NCBI GenBank assembly: GCA_951812575.1 | Contig: OX638322.1 | Coordinates: forward strand, 203,442-267,441 | Direction: 5' to 3' | From: Candidatus Binatia bacterium | Lineage (GTDB): Bacteria > Desulfobacterota > Binatia > Bin18 | DNA length: 64,000 bases | In this document: positions 57,494-64,000 of the stretch, piece after piece | Position numbering within the stretch: position 1 is the stretch's first letter | How the letters are laid out: the number at the start of each line of letters is the position of its first letter | Program-made: the position numbers and the translations under genes | Notes under the pieces: model-generated | What the model was told of the DNA's origin: nothing | The model's input: the letters and a program-made list of their open reading frames with translations, nothing else | Databases searched by the model: none

Positions 57494-58411
57494 CTAACAG
57501 CATTTACTGGGCGCACAGCACGCCTGCGTGTCTGTGGTCGCTTGATAGTCGAGCGCCTTGGTGCCGGGTTCCCCTTTATGGGCGACCACGGTCATGGCCC
57601 GAAAGGCGATACCTTCGACCGTTCGCCACGGCTGCTCATCGCGTTTGAGAACGGCGACGCCGGAGAAACCGGCTTCTTCGAACGCTGTGATGAACTCTTT
57701 TTCCTGCATGGCCCCAGAGACGCAGCCACTCCATAATTCGGGGTCGGCCTTCAGGTGAGCCGGCACCGGTTCGTCGGCAACAATATCGGAGATTACCGTC
57801 CGCCCGCCCTGGCGCAGCACCCGAAAGATTTCACCAAACAGTTGCCGCTTGTCCGCGTCCTGGACCAGATTAAGCACACAGTTCGAAACGACAACGTCAA
57901 CGCAACCGTCAGCAATCAGCGGTCGCTGCCTACACTGTTCGGCCATGACCGCTTCAAAGGTTTGGAAATCTTCGAGCGAAGCCACCGGATGCTGGCGCAG
58001 GTAGGCATCCGCGACATTCAGATTGGTGCGCAAATCCTGGATTCTCCCCCGGTGAAACTCGACGTTGTGATAGCCCAATTGTTCGCCAATGGAATGGCGG
58101 TATTTCTCGGCGACGTTGAGCATCTCCGGCGTCATATCAACACCGATAACCCGGCCTTCGGCCCCAACGACCTGGGCGGCGATATAACAGATTTTGCCTG
58201 CGCCCGAGCCAAGATCAAGCACGGTTTCTCCAGGCTGGAGGTGCTGCGATGGGTCTCCGCAGCCGTAATCGCGCTCAAGAATTTCTTCGGGGATGAGCGT
58301 GAGAAAGCGCGGGTTATAGTCTACCGGGCAACACAGCGCCGCTTCTTCCCGCTGTGCTCCCGCGGCATAACGCGCCTTGACCGCCTGCTCGACATTTAGC
58401 ACCTGTGTCAT
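57494..58411 (-). CDS. ArsM-like SAM-dependent methyltransferase
   Basis: LCCP, DYGCGDP, LDLGSGAG, SNCVLNL, WSGCVSGA, C-terminal CC..CC. Confidence 0.8.
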   Translation of the reverse strand: MTQVLNVEQAVKARYAAGAQREEAALCCPVDYNPRFLTLIPEEILERDYGCGDPSQHLQPGETVLDLGSGAGKICYIAAQVVGAEGRVIGVDMTPEMLNVAEKYRHSIGEQLGYHNVEFHRGRIQDLRTNLNVADAYLRQHPVASLEDFQTFEAVMAEQCRQRPLIADGCVDVVVSNCVLNLVQDADKRQLFGEIFRVLRQGGRTVISDIVADEPVPAHLKADPELWSGCVSGAMQEKEFITAFEEAGFSGVAVLKRDEQPWRTVEGIAFRAMTVVAHKGEPGTKALDYQATTDTQACCAPSKCC

Positions 58412-58627
58412 CGCTTCTTCTCCTTCTAGACCGCACTCGTTAGAGTCGTGTCCGCATACTAGCGTATCTCTTCATCAGTGTACTAGGGTGCCACGGGCGA
58501 TCAAGCTACCACCGCGGGGTATTGTGCGGTGCGCTCTGTTGGAGGCCCAGGTTTTGCTCCACTGTTGACGGAGTCGCGCATCCATCTTATTTCGAGAGGG
58601 ATGGCTACCCATGCTGAGGCAGACTGA

Positions 58628-59866
58628 ATGCCAACGATTAAAGACGACGCGGTCTCGGAATCGGACACAGCGGCGGGCTTCCACCTCCGACCGTACTTCG
58701 AGCGTTTTAATCAAAAAAATGACGTGTTTCGTCGCTCGTGGTGGGATGAACGCATTCGGACCCGGAAGAGCGAGTTATTCTACGAGACGTACAGAGAGCC
58801 CCTCAAAACCTGGCGCAAGGTTGATGGCTTTACCCAAAAAGATTATGCACTCCGCAATGCCGCCTGGCATGTCAGCGACCTCTTCACCGAACTCAAACAA
58901 GACCAGGATCGTCGAGAAGGCTTCTCCGACGAGTTTACCTTGTACCGAGACGTGGCCGCAGAGCAGATGGACCTTGGGACACTCGCTCAAGCCGCGGCCG
59001 AAATAAAACGGGTCGGGAAAGCCTTTGGCGCAGATCTGATTGGCATTACAGATTACGACGAACGCTGGATGTATGTGCATAAATTCAGCGACGTGAGTCA
59101 ACGCGAAAAGCCGCAGGAAATACCCGAGGGCCTGTCGTCGGTCATTGTGGTTGCTCAGGCGATGGACTACGACCTGATTCGGACTGTTCCGTCTGCCCTC
59201 AGCGGTGCGGCAACCGGTCTGGGGTATTCGCACGACGCCCTCGTCGTGCTGTCACTCGCCCAGTACATCCGCAACCTCGGCTATACCGCGATTGCGAGTA
59301 TGAACGATACCGCGCTCGCGATTCCGTATGCGATCAAGGCCGGCTTGGGCGAGTATGGGCGGCTCGGGCTGTTGATCACCAAAGAATTCGGCCCGCGCGT
59401 CCGGCTCGGCAAAATTTTTACCAACCTCCCGCTTGCGCCTGATAGACCGATTCGGTTCGGAGTGAAGGAATTTTGCGAGACCTGTCGTCGGTGTTCTAAT
59501 GGCTGTCCGGTAAACGCCATTCCCTCGAACGCTCCGTCGGACGAAATCTATAATCAGTCCAACATTAAAGGGGTGGTGAAGTGGACGGTCGATGGGGAAA
59601 AATGTTTCGGCTATTGGGCGGCCCAGAATAGTGACTGCTCTATCTGTATCCGGGTGTGTCCCTACAACAAGGACTTCTCCAAATGGTATACGCGGCTCGG
59701 CCGCTGGCTGGCCGGCACTCGATTACGAAAGCTGATGTTGCAGCTTGACCTTGCCACAGGTTTTGGGAGCCGGATGCAGTCGAAGCGGTGGTGGCAAGGT
59801 GAGCGGGAGGCCTTGATGGGGCGCGTCAAGCAGCTATTGAACCGAGGAAAGAACGGGAGAAAGTGA
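58628..59866 (+). CDS. Reductive dehalogenase-like cobalamin/2x[4Fe-4S] protein
   Basis: AGLGEYGRLG..ITKEFGPRVR, CETCRRCSNGCP, KC...W..DCSICIRVCPYNK. Confidence 0.75.
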   Translation: MPTIKDDAVSESDTAAGFHLRPYFERFNQKNDVFRRSWWDERIRTRKSELFYETYREPLKTWRKVDGFTQKDYALRNAAWHVSDLFTELKQDQDRREGFSDEFTLYRDVAAEQMDLGTLAQAAAEIKRVGKAFGADLIGITDYDERWMYVHKFSDVSQREKPQEIPEGLSSVIVVAQAMDYDLIRTVPSALSGAATGLGYSHDALVVLSLAQYIRNLGYTAIASMNDTALAIPYAIKAGLGEYGRLGLLITKEFGPRVRLGKIFTNLPLAPDRPIRFGVKEFCETCRRCSNGCPVNAIPSNAPSDEIYNQSNIKGVVKWTVDGEKCFGYWAAQNSDCSICIRVCPYNKDFSKWYTRLGRWLAGTRLRKLMLQLDLATGFGSRMQSKRWWQGEREALMGRVKQLLNRGKNGRK

Positions 59867-59914
59867 GACAGGTCGGGTGACGCTCCGCGAACTCGACCTG
59901 CGATTGCTGTCAGC

Positions 59915-61291
59915 CTAGGTCCCCGGAAAGGTCACCTCAGGCACAGTCTGCATGGCTCGTTCAATCGCCTCAGCCGGATACTCGTAGCGTTCGAGTTTTC
60001 CAGCTTGGTAGTCCGCATAGGCACTCATATCAAAATGACCGTGACCGCTCAGATTAAACGCAATGACTTTCTTTTCGCCGCTTTCCCGGCACTGCACGGC
60101 CTCATTCATTGCGACGCCGATCGCATGATTTGACTCGGGCGCCGGCACAATCCCTTCGGCCTTGGCAAACGCCACACCGGCCTCAAAGGTCGCAAGCTGA
60201 TCGAGCGCGGTTGCTTCAATATGGCCGCTGTGTACCAGCGCACTCACGTGCGGAGCCATGCCATGATAGCGCAGCCCACCGGCGTGGATGGTGGCCGGTA
60301 TAAACGAATGACCCAATGTATACATCTGACAGATCGGTGCCACGCAGCCCGCGTCGGCCCAATCCCAGGTGAAAGAGCCTTTGGTTAAGGTCGGGCAGGC
60401 AGCCGGCTCAACCGCGATGATACGCGTGTGCTTGCCGTGCTTGAGTTTCTCTCGGACAAACGGAAAGGCAAAACCGGCAAAATTCGAGCCGCCCCCGGCG
60501 CAGCCGATGACGATATCCGGGTATTCGCCGGCCATTTCCATTTGCAGCAGGGTCTCTTCACCAATAATGGTTTGATGTAGCAACACATGCGGGAGAAAAG
60601 AGCCCAGACTATACTTTTTTGTCCCCCCAGACGTTTGGGCTGCTTCGATCCCTTCCGAGACCGCGAGTCCCAGCGAGCCGGGATGGTCAGGGTCTTCAGC
60701 CAAAAACCGCCGGCCCACTTCGGTTCGGTCGGACGGACTGGCAAACACCTCGGCGCCATAGGTCGTAATCACATGGCGGCGATAAGGCTTTTGCTGATAC
60801 GAGATACGGACCATATACACTTCACAGCCCAGCCCGAACATATTGCAGGCCATGGCCAATGCGGTGCCCCACTGGCCCGCCCCCGTTTCCGTCGTCAGCG
60901 TCTTAATACCTTCTTGCTTGGCGTAAAATGCCTGGGCCACGGCCGTGTTCGGCTTATGCGAACCAACCGGACTGACGCCCTCGTATTTGTAATAGATGTG
61001 GGCCGGTGTCCGGAGCGCCCGCTCCAGGCGGCGAGCCCGAAAAAAGGGAGTCGGTCGCCAGAGTTTATAGATATCGCGGACCGGCTCCGGGATCTCTATA
61101 TGTTGCTCTTGGCTGACATCCTGGGCGAGGAGCGCTGTTGGCGTAAAGGAAGCGAGGTACTCGGGCGTGACCGGCTGTTTGGTTTCCGGGTGGAGCGGCG
61201 GCATCAGGGGTGCGGGCATATCGGCGTTGATATTATACCACGCCGTGGGCATCTGACGTTCTTCCAACAGATATTTGGTCTGGTCGCTCAT
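59915..61291 (-). CDS. TrpB2-like PLP enzyme
   Basis: [34 protein letters not shown]. Confidence 0.85.
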   Translation of the reverse strand: MSDQTKYLLEERQMPTAWYNINADMPAPLMPPLHPETKQPVTPEYLASFTPTALLAQDVSQEQHIEIPEPVRDIYKLWRPTPFFRARRLERALRTPAHIYYKYEGVSPVGSHKPNTAVAQAFYAKQEGIKTLTTETGAGQWGTALAMACNMFGLGCEVYMVRISYQQKPYRRHVITTYGAEVFASPSDRTEVGRRFLAEDPDHPGSLGLAVSEGIEAAQTSGGTKKYSLGSFLPHVLLHQTIIGEETLLQMEMAGEYPDIVIGCAGGGSNFAGFAFPFVREKLKHGKHTRIIAVEPAACPTLTKGSFTWDWADAGCVAPICQMYTLGHSFIPATIHAGGLRYHGMAPHVSALVHSGHIEATALDQLATFEAGVAFAKAEGIVPAPESNHAIGVAMNEAVQCRESGEKKVIAFNLSGHGHFDMSAYADYQAGKLERYEYPAEAIERAMQTVPEVTFPGT

Positions 61292-61444
61292 ACGGGAGAT
61301 CCTTGAGACGGGTCAGCATCCGCTCGCTAGGCAATGCTTTACCCGCCTTATGCTTTACCCTTCTTACGCAGTCGGCCCGGCACTATAGCACCTTTTTTTT
61401 GGAACGTCGTCAGGTCGTAAAAGGGGGAGTGGTTCAGTTTGCGT

Positions 61445-61512
61445 CTTCCCCTCACAGGGGAGAGGGGGCGAACATTCCCTCCCCCCTGTGAGGGGGAGGG
61501 CCAGGGAGGGGG
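61445..61512. repeat. GC-rich REP-like palindromic element
   Basis: CCCCTCACAGGGG...CCCTCCCCCCTGTGAGGGGGAGGG. Confidence 0.55.
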
Positions 61513-61613
61513 GCACTCCGCCGGCAGAGGGCGAGATAAGCTTTCCCTTTATTGATAGCCTCCGACACGCTAGAAGAAACGCGCTGACACAGAGTAAGGA
61601 GGGATACGAAATT

Positions 61614-62375
61614 ATGGCAGGCCAAGTAGATGGAAAAGTTGCATTGGTGACGGGCGGTGGGTCGGGTATTGGGCGGTCGACGTCATTAGCGTTCGCCCGC
61701 GAAGGCGCGACGGTCGTTGTTTCCGATGTGGTTGTTGAAGGTGGGGAGCAGACGGTCAATTTCATCAAGTCCGCTGGGGGCGAGGCCGTGTTCGTGCAAA
61801 CCGACGTGGCCCAGGCTGCGGAAGTCGAGGCATTAGTCACGCAAGCGGTTGAGACGTATGGACGGCTTGACTGCGCATTCAACAACGCTGGAATTGCGGG
61901 GGCGGCTGCGCGGACCGGCGATTATACACCCAAACACTGGGACCGGGTGATTGCGATTAACCTGACCGGGGTGTGGCTGTGCATGAAATATGAGCTCCGG
62001 CATATGCTGACGCAAGGCAGCGGTACAATTGTCAATACCGCCTCGGTTGCCGGTCTGGTTGGTTTTCGGAGTGGACCCGCGTATGTGGCCGCCAAGCACG
62101 GTGTGGTCGGACTGACCAAGACCGCGGCATTGGAATATGCCAAAGCCGGCATTCGAGTGAACGCCGTCTGCCCAGGGGTCATCCGGACACCGATGTTCGA
62201 GCGCGGTATGGAGCTGGACCCCCGCATAGAAGACGGTATGACCGCCAAAGAGCCGATTGGGCGCTTGGGAAAACCCGAGGAAATTGCCGAAGCCGTGGTC
62301 TGGCTCTGCTCAGATGCGGCGTCGTTTGTGACTGGCCATCCGATGGTTGTTGATGGCGGTTGGGTTGCCCAGTAG
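61614..62375 (+). CDS. SDR family oxidoreductase
   Basis: TGGGSGIG, NNAG, YVAAK. Confidence 0.9.
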   Translation: MAGQVDGKVALVTGGGSGIGRSTSLAFAREGATVVVSDVVVEGGEQTVNFIKSAGGEAVFVQTDVAQAAEVEALVTQAVETYGRLDCAFNNAGIAGAAARTGDYTPKHWDRVIAINLTGVWLCMKYELRHMLTQGSGTIVNTASVAGLVGFRSGPAYVAAKHGVVGLTKTAALEYAKAGIRVNAVCPGVIRTPMFERGMELDPRIEDGMTAKEPIGRLGKPEEIAEAVVWLCSDAASFVTGHPMVVDGGWVAQ

Positions 62376-62456
62376 GACCATATTCTTCTCGGCGACCCGT
62401 ACGCTGTCCCGCTTCCTGGTAGGGAGCGGGACAAGAACAGACAGCAAGCAACCTGA

Positions 62457-63335
62457 CTACGTCTTTTGCCCGAACGCGCTCACCGTCTCCGAGCGTGGGT
62501 CTCGGCGACTCCACTGTCCGGCTTGTACCGTCTGAAAGAATTCGTCGATCAAGGCATTAAATCGTTCGGGCTCTTCCAGGTTCAACAGGTGGCCACTCTT
62601 AGGAAAGATACTGAGTCCCGCGTAGGGCATGGTGCGTTTGAGATACAGATTGACGTCCAGACAGGATTCATCTTCATCGCCGACAACCAAGAGCGTCGGC
62701 GTAGTCACAGCGCCCAGCTCAGTGGTGAGATCGTACAGCGAGGGCCGTTCGGCCTGGACGTGGCGCAAGGTATAGGCTGAGCCCACGGCAGAATGTTCAG
62801 ACAAATGGGCCGCAAACTGCTCCCAGACCGTCTGATTTTTGTTCTGAAGCTGCACCCGGCTGGGGCCGGAGGAAATCCCCGCCACATCGACGGAATTCGC
62901 CTGTAACATTTTCTCTGCCACCGTGGTGGTATCGGCTAAGAACTGTGCGCGCGTTGCTGGATACGCGCCCGAACCACCACTGGCAAACACGAGTGCACGG
63001 ACTCGCTCAGGGTGCTGCACGGTGAGCATAAGGCCCGTATAGGCTCCCATGCTCAGGCCGACAACAAATGCCTGCTCAATATCGAGCGCATCAAGCACCC
63101 CCTTCAGATCGGCGGTGGAGAGTTGCTGGCCGTAGAGCCTTTCGTCTTCAGGCACATCCGAGGGTGGATAGCCCCGGGCGTTATAGACGACGCACCGATA
63201 GTGACGAGAGAAATGCTCGACTTGCGGCTGCCAGCTTCGTGCATCGCCGCCAAATTCGTGGACAAAAACAATCGACTCTCCAGAGCCGGTCTCTTCAACA
63301 TGCAGGCTGACGCCATTTATTGGTATGCGTGTCAT
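62457..63335 (-). CDS. Alpha/beta hydrolase
   Basis: HEFGGD, ARGYPPS, GLSMG, GHLLNLEEP. Confidence 0.88.
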   Translation of the reverse strand: MTRIPINGVSLHVEETGSGESIVFVHEFGGDARSWQPQVEHFSRHYRCVVYNARGYPPSDVPEDERLYGQQLSTADLKGVLDALDIEQAFVVGLSMGAYTGLMLTVQHPERVRALVFASGGSGAYPATRAQFLADTTTVAEKMLQANSVDVAGISSGPSRVQLQNKNQTVWEQFAAHLSEHSAVGSAYTLRHVQAERPSLYDLTTELGAVTTPTLLVVGDEDESCLDVNLYLKRTMPYAGLSIFPKSGHLLNLEEPERFNALIDEFFQTVQAGQWSRRDPRSETVSAFGQKT

Positions 63336-63353
63336 GCGCAATCCTTCCGAGCC

Positions 63354-64000
63354 CTATTTCTTTGGCCGACCCACTCGCGGGATGCCGGCCATCGTTTCGC
63401 TTACCAGTTCCGTGCGGACGAGCCGGGCGCCGTCCGCCAAGGCTTTCATTTTTCCGCGCGCGGCGGTCCGAGAGCGGGGGATCATACCACAGTCCGTACA
63501 CGGGTAGAGTTTGTCCGGCGCGACATAGGGAAGCGCGGCCCGAATGCGTTCGGCAACGGTTGCGGGAGTTTCGATCTCTTCTGTCCCCACATCAATAACG
63601 CCAACCATGAGGTCTTTGCCTCGGGCCAGTTCGAGCACGGACGGATCGACACCAGAGGCCGCACATTCGACCGAGATCATATCGATCGTACTGGTACGAA
63701 GAAGGGGCAGAGTGCGGTGATAATGGTGCCAATCCGTATTCCTTGTCTTCCAGGCCAGGACCTGCGGAACGCCATAGCCGTAGCAAATATGGACCGCGGT
63801 TTTTGCTCGGACTCCCTCGGCTGCAGCTTCAAGCGTGGAGATGCCCCACTCCTCAACCGCATCGAGATAGATATTAAAGCACGGCTCATCAAACTGAATG
63901 ATATCACAGCCGTTTTCGGCCAGCTCGCGCGCCTCGTCATTGAGGACGCCAGCCAGGTCGGCGGCGAGACGCTGCGGCTCGCCGTAGTGTTCATCCGCCA
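63354..64000 (-). CDS. Cobalamin-independent 'core' methionine synthase family protein (5' end outside window)
   Basis: Manual translation is open to the window edge: IIQFDEPCFN, VHICYGYG, GVIDV, PCTDCGM. Confidence 0.85.
   Translation of the reverse strand, partial: ADEHYGEPQRLAADLAGVLNDEARELAENGCDIIQFDEPCFNIYLDAVEEWGISTLEAAAEGVRAKTAVHICYGYGVPQVLAWKTRNTDWHHYHRTLPLLRTSTIDMISVECAASGVDPSVLELARGKDLMVGVIDVGTEEIETPATVAERIRAALPYVAPDKLYPCTDCGMIPRSRTAARGKMKALADGARLVRTELVSETMAGIPRVGRPKK

Noticed and set aside
58412-58627. Cobalamin riboswitch upstream of the RdhA-like gene
   Set aside because: No recognisable B12-box elements by eye; needs an Infernal/Rfam scan
63677-63994. Apparent frameshift/split of methionine synthase
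   Set aside because: Manual translation shows the 63354 frame stays open to the window end; it merely lacks an upstream start inside the window

Overview
GC-rich (about 60%) bacterial chromosomal window, densely coding, with no rRNA, tRNA or CRISPR array seen. The gene mix (many SDRs, LLM flavin monooxygenases, amidohydrolases, CocE, cyclase, EthD, DMFase-like, numerous small TA modules, several REP-like palindrome families) suggests an uncultured deltaproteobacterial/Binatota-like heterotroph; this is inference only. Main hidden signals: (1) two 'separate' ORFs at 23725-24534 form one GrdB/PrdB-like selenoprotein with an in-frame UGA in a UxxC motif and an adjacent SECIS-like hairpin, directly downstream of an LLM oxidoreductase. 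(2) At 27229-29789 the 3' end of an EthD-like gene is present three times, with different toxin-antitoxin genes between the copies. (3) Toxins appear repeatedly lost while antitoxins are kept. (4) A BACON/Cys-repeat surface-protein gene can be reconstructed after removing an IS630 and a 14-bp duplication. (5) An RdhA-like cobalamin/2x4Fe-4S gene without TAT or RdhB lies divergent from arsM-like/arsS and convergent with a divergent TrpB2. (6) An isochorismatase-fold protein has an effector-like N-terminus, and an IscA domain carries a 7-Cys tail.
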